Assembly: GCA_963831375.1 (NCBI GenBank) | Contig: CAWHPY010000026.1 | Coordinates: forward strand, 362,627-426,626 | Reading direction: 5' to 3' | Origin: an uncultured Actinomycetota bacterium | GTDB taxonomy: Bacteria; Actinomycetota; Actinomycetes; Propionibacteriales; Nocardioidaceae | DNA length: 64,000 bases | Part shown: piece after piece, positions 18,534-28,011 of the stretch | Layout of the letters: every line of letters starts with the position of its first letter | Position numbering within the stretch: the first letter of the stretch is position 1 | The notes under the pieces: model-generated | Told to the model about the DNA's origin: nothing | Database searches by the model: none | Seen by the model: only the letters and a program-made list of their open reading frames with translations | Position numbers and translations under genes: made by a program

Positions 18534-20051
18534 ATGGACATCGAGGACACCGAAGGCTGCTACCGGGCGGTGAAGGCCCGTGACCGCCGGTTCGACGGGG
18601 TCTTCTACACCGGGGTCAGGACGACCGGTATCTACTGCAGGCCCTCCTGCCCGGCCATCACTCCGCACAAGAAGAACGTGGCGTTCTACCGGACAGCCGC
18701 CGCCGCGCAGGGTGCAGGGTTCCGTGCCTGTCGCCGGTGCCTTCCCGACGCCACGCCCGGTTCCCCGGAGTGGGACGTCGCCGCCGACGTGACCGGGCGC
18801 GCGATGCGGCTGATCGCCGACGGGGTGGTGGACCGGGAGGGCGTCGAGGGCCTCGCCCATCGGGTCGGGTACACGAGTCGGCACCTCGCCAGGCTGCTCA
18901 CGACCGAGCTCGGCGCGGGGCCGCTCGCGCTGGCCCGGGCACGACGGGCGCAGACCGCACGGATCCTGATCGAGACCACCCAGATGTCGTTCGCTGATGC
19001 CGCCTTCGCCTCGGGGTTCGCGAGCGTCCGCCAGTTCAACGACACCGTGCGCGCCGTCTACGCCAGCTCACCGACCGAGCTGCGTGGCCGCCGCACCGGC
19101 CCGGTCGTCTCGCCCGGACAGATCGACCTCCGCCTCGCGGTGCGCCAACCCTTCGCCGCCGACGAGCTGCTCGCGTTCCTGGCGCGCCGGGTGGTGCCGG
19201 GCATCGAGGCCGCCGGCCCCGGTTGGTACGAACGCAGCCTGCGTCTTCCCCACGGGCAGGGCACCGCGCGACTCACCGTGCCCCCGGCCGAACCGGGCAC
19301 CGGCACCGGCTTCGTGGACTGCACACTGCGCCTCTGCGACCTCCGGGACGTCGCGGCCGCGGTGGAACGTTGCCGGCGGATGCTCGACGCCGACTGCGAC
19401 CCGGTCGCCGTCGACGACGAACTCTCGGGGGACCCACGTCTCGCCGGTCTCGTTCGCGCGCGGCCGGGCCTGCGGGTGCCCGGCCACGTCGACGGGAACG
19501 AGGTCGCCGTGCGCGCCGTGCTCGGTCAACAGATCTCCGTTGCCCGGGCCGGCGTCATCGCCGGCCTGCTGGTCCAGGAGTACGGCGAACCACTGCCCCT
19601 CAGCGGCGCGGACGAGCAGGTGGACCGGCCGCCACGAGTCAGCCACCTCTTTCCGTCGGCCGAGGTGCTCGCCGAGGTCGACCCCGAGCAGATCCCGATG
19701 CCCCGGGCCCGCGGCCGCGCGCTCAACGCGATGTGCGCGGCGCTGGCCTCCGGGGACATCGCGTTGGACCGCAGCGCCGAGCGGTCCGACGTACGCGCCG
19801 CCTTGCTCGCCGTACCCGGGATCGGGCCGTGGACCGCGGACTACATCGCGATGCGGGCGCTGGGTGACCCCGACGTGTTCCTGCTCACCGACGTCGGCGT
19901 GCGGCAGGGCATCGTGCTGCTCGGCGAGGACCCGAACCGGGCCGAACAGCTGAGCCAGGCATGGCGACCGTGGCGCTCGTACGCGCAGATGCACCTGTGG
20001 AGCTCGCTGAGCCCTGCCCCGGTGCGCACCCGACATCAGAAGGAGAAGTGA
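18534..20051 (+). CDS. alkA: Ada-AlkA fusion (Ada Zn-binding domain, AraC HTH, 3-methyladenine DNA glycosylase II)
   Basis: GVRTTGIYCRPSCPA, FRACRRC, FASGFASVRQFN, HhH-GPD LLAVPGIGPWTADYIAMRALGDPD. Confidence 0.95.
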   Translation: MDIEDTEGCYRAVKARDRRFDGVFYTGVRTTGIYCRPSCPAITPHKKNVAFYRTAAAAQGAGFRACRRCLPDATPGSPEWDVAADVTGRAMRLIADGVVDREGVEGLAHRVGYTSRHLARLLTTELGAGPLALARARRAQTARILIETTQMSFADAAFASGFASVRQFNDTVRAVYASSPTELRGRRTGPVVSPGQIDLRLAVRQPFAADELLAFLARRVVPGIEAAGPGWYERSLRLPHGQGTARLTVPPAEPGTGTGFVDCTLRLCDLRDVAAAVERCRRMLDADCDPVAVDDELSGDPRLAGLVRARPGLRVPGHVDGNEVAVRAVLGQQISVARAGVIAGLLVQEYGEPLPLSGADEQVDRPPRVSHLFPSAEVLAEVDPEQIPMPRARGRALNAMCAALASGDIALDRSAERSDVRAALLAVPGIGPWTADYIAMRALGDPDVFLLTDVGVRQGIVLLGEDPNRAEQLSQAWRPWRSYAQMHLWSSLSPAPVRTRHQKEK

Positions 20052-20581
20052 CGCGCATGTGGACCTCGATGGAGTCGCCGGTCGGCCCGCTGCGGATCGT
20101 CGCGAACCGCACCGCGGTCACCGCGATCGAGTTCGCCGGACCGAAGCCGCGCAGCCTCTCGCAGCACTCGTCGGTCAACCGGGCCGCGGCCTTCTCCGCA
20201 GGTCGCCCGGTGGGCGAGCGCGACGACGCGCATCCGCTGCTGGTGGAGTCGGTGCGCCAGCTGACGGCCTACTTCGAACGTGATCTCAAGGAGTTCGACC
20301 TCCCTCTGGAGCCCGCGGGCACGCCGTTCCAGCTGTCGGTGTGGGAGCAGCTGCGGAAGATCGGGTACGGCGAGACCACGTCGTACGGCGAGATCGCCGC
20401 GCGGTTGGGCAAGAGCCTCACCGCCTCACGCGCGGTCGGCCTGGCCAACGGCCGCAACCCGATCCCGATCGTGATCCCGTGTCACAGGGTGGTCGGCGCG
20501 AACGGGCTGCTCACCGGGTACGCAGGTGGCATCGACCGGAAGCAGACCCTGCTCGAGCTCGAGCAGGACGCCTTGTTCTAG
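20048..20581 (+). CDS. ogt: Methylated-DNA--protein-cysteine methyltransferase
   Basis: GTPFQLSVW, YGETTSYGEIA, SRAVGLANGRNPIPIVIPCHRV; GTGA overlap with upstream stop (alternative ATG at 20057). Confidence 0.95.
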   Translation: MTRMWTSMESPVGPLRIVANRTAVTAIEFAGPKPRSLSQHSSVNRAAAFSAGRPVGERDDAHPLLVESVRQLTAYFERDLKEFDLPLEPAGTPFQLSVWEQLRKIGYGETTSYGEIAARLGKSLTASRAVGLANGRNPIPIVIPCHRVVGANGLLTGYAGGIDRKQTLLELEQDALF

Positions 20582-20588
20582 GACCGGC

Positions 20589-21200
20589 TCAGCGTCTCGC
20601 CGAGGCGTTCTCCTGCGCCATCCGGCGGATCGCGAGCAGGACCGGCTCGAGCAGCAGCGTGCCGATCACCGCCCGCTGGGTGGCCGTCTCGCGGGACGAG
20701 TCGGCCACCACGTCCGCCACCTCACGTTCCGCGACAGATGCCATCGCCGCGACGTAGTCGTCGAGCAACGCGTCGCTGACCTCATGGTCGAGCGATGCCA
20801 GCGCGTCCAGCGCCCGGGCCAGCGCCTGGCGGTGCGCGCTTCCGGGGGCCACCCTCCAGCGGGACCGCTTCAATAGCGCCTCGACCCGGGTCGTCGACTC
20901 GGGCGAGGGGGGTGCGGCACCGGCGTTCTCGGAGAGCCGCGTGTGTGCGCTGCCCAGCGCCTCGTGCATGGAGACGGTGTCGTCGTCGACGGCGGCGAGG
21001 ACGGCGCGGACCGCGTCCAGCCGCATCCCGGCCACGTCGACGAGCGCCCGGATCAGCCGGAGGCGGCGCACGTGGGAGTCGTCGTACCTGGCCCGGGTCG
21101 CCCCGGTCGCCTCGCCTGGCGGGAGCAGGCCGTCGCGCAGGTAGAACTTGATCGTCGCCACCGGCAGACCGCTGCGCTGCGACAGCTCCGACATCCACAT
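20589..21200 (-). CDS. MerR-family transcriptional regulator
   Basis: MWMSELSQRSGLPVATIKFYLRDGLLP...RYDDSHVRRLRLIRAL. Confidence 0.92.
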   Translation of the reverse strand: MWMSELSQRSGLPVATIKFYLRDGLLPPGEATGATRARYDDSHVRRLRLIRALVDVAGMRLDAVRAVLAAVDDDTVSMHEALGSAHTRLSENAGAAPPSPESTTRVEALLKRSRWRVAPGSAHRQALARALDALASLDHEVSDALLDDYVAAMASVAEREVADVVADSSRETATQRAVIGTLLLEPVLLAIRRMAQENASARR

Positions 21201-21209
21201 GGAAATATC

Positions 21210-21240
21210 TTGACATTGGATAACGTTACTGTCCAATATT
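21210..21240 (+). promoter_or_regulatory. MerR-type promoter with dyad operator in a long spacer
   Basis: TTGACA (21210-21215), about 19-nt spacer, AATATT; inverted repeat ATTGGA (21215-21220) / TCCAAT (21232-21237). Confidence 0.7.
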
Positions 21241-21271
21241 GGAGTGTAGAACTATCTAAGGAGTGGGAGTC

Positions 21272-21694
21272 ATGGAAACCAGCCTGGTCCTCTCGGCTGA
21301 GTCGCGGCAGCTCGCCGGGATCCTGCTGCTCGCCCTGGTCACCGTGGAGACCGGCGGCATGTACATGGTCAAGCTGGTGCGTGGGGCCGCGGAGGCGACG
21401 CCCTTCCAGGTCTCCTTCGCCCGTGCGGGCCATGCCCACGCCGGCGTGCTCCTGATCCTGGCGCTGCTGTGCCAGGTCCTCGCGGACGCTACCGACCAGT
21501 CCGGCCTCCTCGACTGGCTGTCGCGCACTGGAGTGGCGTTGGCGGCCCTGATGATGCCGGGTGGTTTCTTCTTCTCGTCGATGGGCCGCGGGCGTGAGAA
21601 ACCGAACGGTCTGATCGCGCTCGTGTTCGTCGGAGCGGCCGTCATGGCTGCCGGCCTGGTCAGCCTCGGCATCGGGCTGCTCACCGCCGGCTGA
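21272..21694 (+). CDS. Small four-helix membrane protein of unknown function with RAGHAHAG motif
   Basis: Four hydrophobic segments, host-like codon usage, RBS upstream; divergent from the MerR gene. Confidence 0.82.
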   Translation: METSLVLSAESRQLAGILLLALVTVETGGMYMVKLVRGAAEATPFQVSFARAGHAHAGVLLILALLCQVLADATDQSGLLDWLSRTGVALAALMMPGGFFFSSMGRGREKPNGLIALVFVGAAVMAAGLVSLGIGLLTAG

Positions 21695-21732
21695 CCACCT
21701 CCCGCCCCGGCTTCACCATGGTGCCCTGGTGA

Positions 21733-21774
21733 ACCCGCACTCCCCACGGCGCACTCGCCACGGGAAGTGCGGGT
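21733..21774. terminator. Long hairpin between convergent genes
   Basis: ACCCGCACT...AGTGCGGGT outer stem with inner GGCG/CGCC pairing. Confidence 0.55.
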
Positions 21775-21801
21775 CCGTCGTGGGAAGTCGGAACAGGGCG
21801 G

Positions 21802-22521
21802 CTACTCGGCGGCGCGGCGGAGCGACTCGGACAGTCGCTCGGCGGCGGCGAGTACGGCGGGCGCGTGCATGCGACCCGGCTGACGCGACAACCGTTCGAG
21901 CGGCCCCGACACCGACACGGCCGCGATGATCTTGCCCGAGGGAGAACGGACCGGAGCCGACACCGAGGCGACGCCCTGCTCGCGCTCACCGACCGACTGG
22001 GCCCAGCCCCGGCGACGGATCCCGGACAGTGCGGTGGCGGAGAACGCCGCGTTCTGCAGGCCGCGGTGCATCCGCTCCGGGTCCTCCCACGCCAGCAGGA
22101 TCTGTGCTGCGGACCCTGCCCGCATCGTCAGCTGCGAGCCGACCGGGATGGTGTCCCGGAGTCCGGAGGGGCGTTCCGCGGCCGCGACGCAGACGCGGTA
22201 CTCGCCCTGGCGGCGCCACAACTGGGCGGACTCGCCGGTGATGTCCCGCAGTCGTGCGAGCACCGGCCCGGCGGCGGCGAGCAGTCGGTCCTCGCCGGCG
22301 GCCGCGGAAAGCTCCTGGAGCCGCGGCCCGAGCACGAACCGGCCCTGCATGTCACGCGCCACCAGCCGGTGGTGCTCGAGTGCCACCGCCAGGCGGTGCG
22401 CCGTCGGACGGGCCAGGCCGGTGCCGGCGACCAGGCCCGCCAGAGTTGCCGGCCCGGACTCGAGAGCTGCGAGAACCAGGGCGGCTTTATCCAGAACGCC
22501 GACTCCGCTAGAGTTGTCCAT
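21802..22521 (-). CDS. ndgR: IclR-family regulator divergent from leuCD (NdgR/LtbR orthologue)
   Basis: MDNSSGVGVLDKAALVL, GLARPTAHRLA, GSAAQILLAW, IRRRGWAQS.GERE.GVASVSAP; conserved synteny with leuCD. Confidence 0.9.
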   Translation of the reverse strand: MDNSSGVGVLDKAALVLAALESGPATLAGLVAGTGLARPTAHRLAVALEHHRLVARDMQGRFVLGPRLQELSAAAGEDRLLAAAGPVLARLRDITGESAQLWRRQGEYRVCVAAAERPSGLRDTIPVGSQLTMRAGSAAQILLAWEDPERMHRGLQNAAFSATALSGIRRRGWAQSVGEREQGVASVSAPVRSPSGKIIAAVSVSGPLERLSRQPGRMHAPAVLAAAERLSESLRRAAE

Positions 22522-22535
22522 ATACCAATATTGCC

Positions 22536-22556
22536 GTCTCGCATCCTGGGATGCAA
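22536..22556. promoter_or_regulatory. Candidate IclR/NdgR operator
   Basis: GTCTCGCATCCTGGGATGCAA containing the perfect dyad GCATCC-TG-GGATGC in the ndgR-leuC intergenic region. Confidence 0.5.
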
Positions 22557-22632
22557 GTGAAGGATAGGCAAAGAGAGGCCTGTTGTGACACAGACCTCTC
22601 ATAACGGCCGGACCAAATGAAGGAGCAGGGCA

Positions 22633-24042
22633 ATGGGCAAGACCCTTGCAGAGAAGGTGTGGGACGAGCACGTCGTCCGCAGTGCAGCTGGAGAACCGGA
22701 TCTCCTCTTCATTGACCTTCACCTCATTCACGAGGTCACCTCCCCGCAGGCGTTCGAGGGGCTGCGGCTGGCCGGCCGGACGGTACGCCGACCGGACCTC
22801 ACCCTGGCGACCGAGGACCACAACGTCCCGACGCTCGACATCGACAAGCCGATCGCCGACCCGGTCTCCCGGACGCAGGTCGAGACGCTGCGCAGGAACG
22901 CCGAGGAGTTCGGCGTACGCCTGCATCCGCTCGGCGACGTGGAGCAGGGCATCGTGCACGTGGTCGGGCCGCAGCTGGGGCTCACCCAGCCGGGCATGAC
23001 GATCGTCTGCGGCGACTCGCACACCTCCACCCACGGAGCGTTCGGCGCGATCGCCTTCGGCATCGGCACCAGCGAGGTCGAGCACGTGCTCGCCACCCAG
23101 ACCCTGATGCAGGCCAAGCCCAAGACGATGGCGGTCACCGTCAACGGGTCCCTGCCCGACGGCGTCACCGCGAAGGACCTGGTACTCACCCTGATCGCGC
23201 ACACCGGGACCGGCGGCGGCCAGGGCTACATCGTGGAGTATCGCGGGTCCGCCATCGAGGAGCTCTCGATGGAGGCGCGGATGACGATCTGCAACATGTC
23301 CATCGAGTGGGGTGCCAAGGCCGGCCTCATCGCACCCGACCAGACCACCTTCGACTACATCGCGGGCCGGCCCCATGCACCGCAGGGCGCCGACTGGGAC
23401 ACCGCGGTCGCGCACTGGGAGAGCCTGCGCACCGACGACGACGCCACCTTCGACAAGGAGATCACGCTCGACGCCGGCGAGATGACGCCATTCGTCACCT
23501 GGGGCACCAACCCCGGACAGGGAGTTCCGCTGGGCGGCAGGGTGCCCGTCCCGGCCGAGTTCGCCGACGAGGGTGACCGGGTCACCGCCGAGAAGGCACT
23601 GCAGTACATGGGTCTCGAAGCCGGTACCCCGATGCGTGAGGTGACGGTCGACACCGTCTTCGTCGGCTCGTGCACCAACGGCCGCATCGAGGACCTCCGC
23701 GCGGCCGCTGAGGTGATCAAGGGCCGCAAGGTCGCCGACAACACCCGCCTCCTCGTCGTACCCGGTTCGGTCCGGGTCCGGCTCCAGGCCGAGGACGAAG
23801 GCCTCGACGTGGTGTTCAAGGAGGCCGGCGGGGAGTGGCGCGGTGCCGGGTGCTCGATGTGCCTGGGCATGAACCCCGACCAGCTCCAGCCGGGCGAGCG
23901 CAGCGCCTCCACCTCGAACCGCAACTTCGAAGGTCGCCAGGGCAAGGGCGGACGGACCCATCTGGTGTCACCGCTCGTCGCCGCCGCTACCGCGGTCACC
24001 GGCCACCTGGCCTCACCCGCCGATCTGCCCGCGCTGGTCTGA
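22633..24042 (+). CDS. leuC: 3-isopropylmalate dehydratase large subunit
   Basis: [54 protein letters not shown]. Confidence 0.98.
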   Translation: MGKTLAEKVWDEHVVRSAAGEPDLLFIDLHLIHEVTSPQAFEGLRLAGRTVRRPDLTLATEDHNVPTLDIDKPIADPVSRTQVETLRRNAEEFGVRLHPLGDVEQGIVHVVGPQLGLTQPGMTIVCGDSHTSTHGAFGAIAFGIGTSEVEHVLATQTLMQAKPKTMAVTVNGSLPDGVTAKDLVLTLIAHTGTGGGQGYIVEYRGSAIEELSMEARMTICNMSIEWGAKAGLIAPDQTTFDYIAGRPHAPQGADWDTAVAHWESLRTDDDATFDKEITLDAGEMTPFVTWGTNPGQGVPLGGRVPVPAEFADEGDRVTAEKALQYMGLEAGTPMREVTVDTVFVGSCTNGRIEDLRAAAEVIKGRKVADNTRLLVVPGSVRVRLQAEDEGLDVVFKEAGGEWRGAGCSMCLGMNPDQLQPGERSASTSNRNFEGRQGKGGRTHLVSPLVAAATAVTGHLASPADLPALV

Positions 24043-24081
24043 GCGCCCGAGCCCTCCGGCTCAGGAACCGAAAGAGAGAGC

Positions 24082-24669
24082 ATGGACAAGTTCACCAGTC
24101 ACACCGGCACCGCGCTTCCGCTGCGCCGCAGCAACGTCGACACCGACCAGATCATCCCCGCGGTCTACCTCAAGCGGGTCACCCGGACCGGCTTCGAGGA
24201 CGGCCTGTTCGGGGCCTGGCGCAACGACCCGGAGTTCATCCTCAACAAGCCGGAGTACGTCGGGGTCAGCGTCCTCGTCGCAGGACCCGACTTCGGCACC
24301 GGCTCGTCACGTGAGCATGCCGTGTGGGCCTTGACCGACTACGGCTTCCGGGTCGTGATCTCGAGCAGGTTCGCCGACATCTTCCGCGGCAACTCCGGCA
24401 AGGCCGGGCTGCTGGCCGCACAGGTCGACCAGGACGTGGTCGACAAGCTGTGGGCCGCGGTCGAGGCCGACCCGAAGACCGAGGTGACGGTCGACCTCGG
24501 GGCCCGTGAGGTGCGCTCCGGCGACCTCATCGCACCCTTCGACATCGACGACTACACGCGTTGGCGCCTGCTCGAGGGGCTCGACGACATCGGCATCACG
24601 CTCTCCCACGACGAGGACATCGAGACCTACGAGGCCTCGCGCCCGTCCTGGAAGCCCGCCACGCTCTGA
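24082..24669 (+). CDS. leuD: 3-isopropylmalate dehydratase small subunit
   Basis: [38 protein letters not shown]. Confidence 0.98.
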   Translation: MDKFTSHTGTALPLRRSNVDTDQIIPAVYLKRVTRTGFEDGLFGAWRNDPEFILNKPEYVGVSVLVAGPDFGTGSSREHAVWALTDYGFRVVISSRFADIFRGNSGKAGLLAAQVDQDVVDKLWAAVEADPKTEVTVDLGAREVRSGDLIAPFDIDDYTRWRLLEGLDDIGITLSHDEDIETYEASRPSWKPATL

Positions 24670-24673
24670 CCGG

Positions 24674-25372
24674 CTACGCGCGGATCGCCAGCTGGTGGCA
24701 GTAGTCCTCGAAGCCGAGGGCTGCTGCCGTGCTGCGTGAAGCGACGTTCGTGGTCAGTGCCCGCCACCGGGCGATGCCGCAATGCTGGACGGCGTACGAC
24801 GTGCCGGCCCGGCCAACCCTGGACCCGAGCCCCCGTCCTCGATGGGCCGGATGGACCACGACCCCGAGATCGGCCGGAGGGCCCAGGAACTCGGTGAGGT
24901 TGGCGGCGGCCACGATTTCCCCCGAACTTTCTCGGAGCACGAAAACGCGTAGCAGGGCGTCCGCGAACCCGCCTTCGTGCCACTCGGCGTCGTCGATCGC
25001 CGACCGGAACGAGACCAGCTCCTCGGCATCGGCCAGCTCCACTCCGGCGACCGTTCCCGGGTCGTGGTCGGTGTAGCTGTGCACGCTCGGGCCCAGGACC
25101 GAGAGCCCCGACGTCGCCGGGAGTGCATGCCAGAACCAAGGGTCGCCGAACTGCGGTATCCCTTGCTGGCTTAGGGATTCTCGAAGGTTGTCATCGGACC
25201 AGGTGGGGAGTGAGATGTGGCAGCCAGCGTCTCGGTGCGCCACGAAGATGCCCTCGTAGTCGCCGAGTCGGGCATGCGGGGAGACCGATACTCCCTGCCA
25301 CAACAGGGCTTTCTCGCATCCGAACAGGTCGGCCCACCAGGCCGCAACCTCGCCCCAGCTGTCCTGTCGCAT
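24674..25372 (-). CDS. GNAT-family N-acetyltransferase-like protein
   Basis: C-terminal DLGVVVHPAHRGRGLG and N.ASRSTAAALGF motifs. Confidence 0.78.
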   Translation of the reverse strand: MRQDSWGEVAAWWADLFGCEKALLWQGVSVSPHARLGDYEGIFVAHRDAGCHISLPTWSDDNLRESLSQQGIPQFGDPWFWHALPATSGLSVLGPSVHSYTDHDPGTVAGVELADAEELVSFRSAIDDAEWHEGGFADALLRVFVLRESSGEIVAAANLTEFLGPPADLGVVVHPAHRGRGLGSRVGRAGTSYAVQHCGIARWRALTTNVASRSTAAALGFEDYCHQLAIRA

Positions 25373-25440
25373 GGACCGAGACTAGCCACACCGGCGGGAG
25401 GGACCATCCAAGAACGTGGTCATGTTTTGGCGTGTGGTGA

Positions 25441-25469
25441 TTGTGGCGGGGCTTACTGTTCCCTAACGT
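25441..25469 (+). promoter_or_regulatory. Putative hupB promoter
   Basis: TTGTGG-N17-TAACGT, 54 nt upstream of the GTG start. Confidence 0.55.
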
Positions 25470-25523
25470 ACAAAGGGAAAAGTCGAGCATAGGCTCGGCC
25501 CAAGGTTCACGAAAGGGAAGCAA

Positions 25524-26141
25524 GTGAACAAGAGTCAGCTAGTTGATACCCTCGCGGCTCGCTTCGACGGCAACCGCAAGGCTGCGTCGCATGCGTTGGA
25601 GTCGGTGCTTGACACCATCACTCGAGAGGTCGCCAAGGGCGAGAAGGTCGCCATCACGGGGTTCGGTTCGTTCGAGAAGCGGGTGCGTGACGCGCGCTGG
25701 GTTCGCAACCCGCGCACCGGTGAGCGGATCAAGGCCAAGAAGACCGCGATCCCGAAGTTCAGCGCAGGTGCTGACCTGAAGGCAGTGGTCTCCGGCGCCA
25801 AGAAGCTGCCGAAGCTCACAGCAACGGCCGCAGCAAGTGGCGCGAAGGCAGCGGCTTCGAAGGCAACCCCCGCCAAGAAGTCCGCCGCCAAGAAGACCAC
25901 TCCGGCCAAGAAGACCGCCACGAAGTCGGCGGCCAAGACGACGACCGCCGCCAAGAGCACGGCCAAGAAGGCTCCCGCGAAGAAGGCCACGGCGACCAAG
26001 TCGGCGGCGAAGAAGACCACCGCTACCGCCAAGAAGGCACCCGCCAAGAAGGCTTCGGCGGCGAAGAAGACCACCGCCACCGCGAAGAAGGCACCCGCCA
26101 AGAAGACCTCGACGGCGAAGAAGGCCGCCAAGAAGTCCTGA
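25524..26141 (+). CDS. hupB: HU-family nucleoid protein with Lys/Ala-rich histone-like tail
   Basis: MNKSQLV...GEKVAITGFGSFEKRVR.AR..RNPRTGE; AKK/PAKK repeats. Confidence 0.96.
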   Translation: MNKSQLVDTLAARFDGNRKAASHALESVLDTITREVAKGEKVAITGFGSFEKRVRDARWVRNPRTGERIKAKKTAIPKFSAGADLKAVVSGAKKLPKLTATAAASGAKAAASKATPAKKSAAKKTTPAKKTATKSAAKTTTAAKSTAKKAPAKKATATKSAAKKTTATAKKAPAKKASAAKKTTATAKKAPAKKTSTAKKAAKKS

Positions 26142-26155
26142 TCCTCGCACCACCT

Positions 26156-26193
26156 GCAGATGGGCCGGCCCGATGACGGGCCGGCCCATCTGC
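26156..26193. terminator. Strong, probably bidirectional hairpin after hupB
   Basis: GCAGATGGGCCGGCCCG-ATGA-CGGGCCGGCCCATCTGC, perfect 17-bp stem. Confidence 0.85.
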
Positions 26194-26257
26194 GCGTGCT
26201 GCCCGGCCGGACCGTGACCCAACGCGCAACGTGCGCCGTTGTGACGTACGGCGTCTG

Positions 26258-26464
26258 CTAGGTCAGGGTGATGATCTGCAGAGTCTCCACCTGGAGCGCG
26301 TCACCGTCCCCGGTCGTCTGCAGGCGCACGCGTTGTCCCGGTCTCAGCATCCGCAGGCCAGTGCCGGCCAGGGCCGAGGAGAGGAACGGCACCTCGACGC
26401 CGTCGTCGAACAGCACCGAACCGGTGAACGTGTCGGGGTCGAAGGAGGAGACCGTCGCCTGCAT
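26258..26464 (-). CDS. Small OB-fold/cold-shock-like hypothetical protein
   Basis: MQATVSSFDPDTFTGSVLFDDGVEVPF...LRMLRPGQRVRL; 2 nt downstream of cofC stop. Confidence 0.75.
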   Translation of the reverse strand: MQATVSSFDPDTFTGSVLFDDGVEVPFLSSALAGTGLRMLRPGQRVRLQTTGDGDALQVETLQIITLT

Positions 26465-26466
26465 GG

Positions 26467-27117
26467 TCAGAGCCTAAGCCTTGTCGTGACCATCGACGTG
26501 CGCGCACCCACTCCCAGGTCGAGTGCGGCGGCCAGGTCCGCGGGAGTGTCCACATCCCTGCGCAGGGTGGGGATGTCGGCCAGGTCGATCTCCATCGCCC
26601 CGTCGGAGAGGTGTCCGGCGCGCGACCCGGTCCCGAACTGCGGCATGAAGTCCGCCGGTGAGACAGCCACCAGCACCGTCGTACCCACCCCGGCGCTGTC
26701 CGAGACGAACGACTGACCCTCGTCGGCGGCCGCGGCCAGCGCCCGGGTCAGCTCCTCGGACCGCAGCGCAGGAAGGTCGGCGCACATGGCGGCGACCCGC
26801 AGGTCGGGCCTCCGGCGGTGCAACTCGGCCGCGGCCTGCACCAAGGAACCGTTCAGGTCGTCCGTGGTGCCGTCCGGGATCACGTCGGCGCCGAGCTCGG
26901 CGAGTCCACCGGCGAGGATGAAGTCGTCGGTCACCACCAGCACCAGGTCGACCAGCGGTGACTCCAGGGCGGCGGTCACGGTGTCCGCCGCGAAGGCGAC
27001 CACGAGGTCGCGGCGGGCGTCGTCACCGAGCCCGAGCAGCCGGGACTTGGCCACGGCGGGCGGCTTCACGGGGACGACGATCCCGTAGTGGGGCAGGGCT
27101 GCGGAGGAGGACATCAC
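26467..27117 (-). CDS. cofC: 2-phospho-L-lactate/PEP guanylyltransferase (F420 biosynthesis)
   Basis: IVVPVKPPAVAKSRL, ADLPAL, G.GT, LRRDVDTPADL. Confidence 0.92.
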   Translation of the reverse strand: MMSSSAALPHYGIVVPVKPPAVAKSRLLGLGDDARRDLVVAFAADTVTAALESPLVDLVLVVTDDFILAGGLAELGADVIPDGTTDDLNGSLVQAAAELHRRRPDLRVAAMCADLPALRSEELTRALAAAADEGQSFVSDSAGVGTTVLVAVSPADFMPQFGTGSRAGHLSDGAMEIDLADIPTLRRDVDTPADLAAALDLGVGARTSMVTTRLRL

Positions 27118-27213
27118 CGATGATCTTGCCAGGAGACCACGACACGGGCATCCAATGAGGCATGCTTGCCCAACAGTAATGTCGGGACGGAACTGACCAG
27201 AGACGAGGTACCG

Positions 27214-28011
27214 GTGGCGAAGCCGCGCAAGCTGCAGCAGAAACGCGGATGGGCGTTCGCCACCTGTGTTGCGCTAGTGAAGCCGCCGCTGCTGGCGTTG
27301 ACCAAGCACCGCTGGATCGACGCCCACAAGCTCCCCGCCGACCGGAGGCTGCGTCGTGGTGGCGAACCACATCTCGCACCTCGACCCGTTCACCTTCGCC
27401 CACTTCATCTACGACAACGGGCGGCTGCCTCGCTACCTGGCGAAGGCAGCGGTGTTCGACGTCCCCGTGGGCGGGAAGCTCGTGAAGAACGCCGGCCAGA
27501 TCCCGGTCTACCGGTTGACCACCGACGCCAACCAGGCGTTCAGCGCCGCGGTCGCCGCGGTCAACGAGGGCGAGTGCGTGGTGGTGTACCCCGAGGGCAC
27601 GATCAGCCGCGACCCCGACCTGTGGCCGATGGCCGGCCGGACAGGGGCGGCCCGGATCGCGCTGACCACCGGGTGCCCGGTGATCCCGATCGCACAGTGG
27701 GGCGCGAACCACATCCTCGCGCCGTACGCCAAGAAGCCGAGGCTCTTTCCCCGCAAGATGATCACGATGAAGGCCGGGGACCCGGTCGACCTCGAGGACC
27801 TGAGCGGCAGGCCGTTGACCCCGGAGGTGCTGCGCGAGGCCACCAGCCGGATCATGGACGCGATCACTGCACTGCTCGACGACATTCGTGACGGGCACCC
27901 GCCGGAGACGCGCTTCGACCCGCGCGCGGCAGGGGTGCGCGAGATCGGCAATCCCGAACGAGAATCCCGGCAGGACGTCGGCAGAGGAACAGGACGGGCA
28001 GGAACAAATGA
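27214..28011 (+). CDS. plsC: Lysophospholipid acyltransferase, frameshifted in this sequence
   Basis: NHISHLD and VVVYPEGT motifs. +1 indel near 27333-27344. A probable second indel near 27953 would put the stop at the ATGA overlap with gpsA; 3' end uncertain. Confidence 0.85.

Noticed and set aside
18345-21800. Integrative element at tRNA-Glu
   Set aside because: No integrase and no direct repeat of the tRNA 3' end found downstream.
25840-26141. AAG/GCC-rich repeats in hupB and MPG repeats in ffh as novel repeats
   Set aside because: Known low-complexity coding features of actinobacterial HupB and Ffh.
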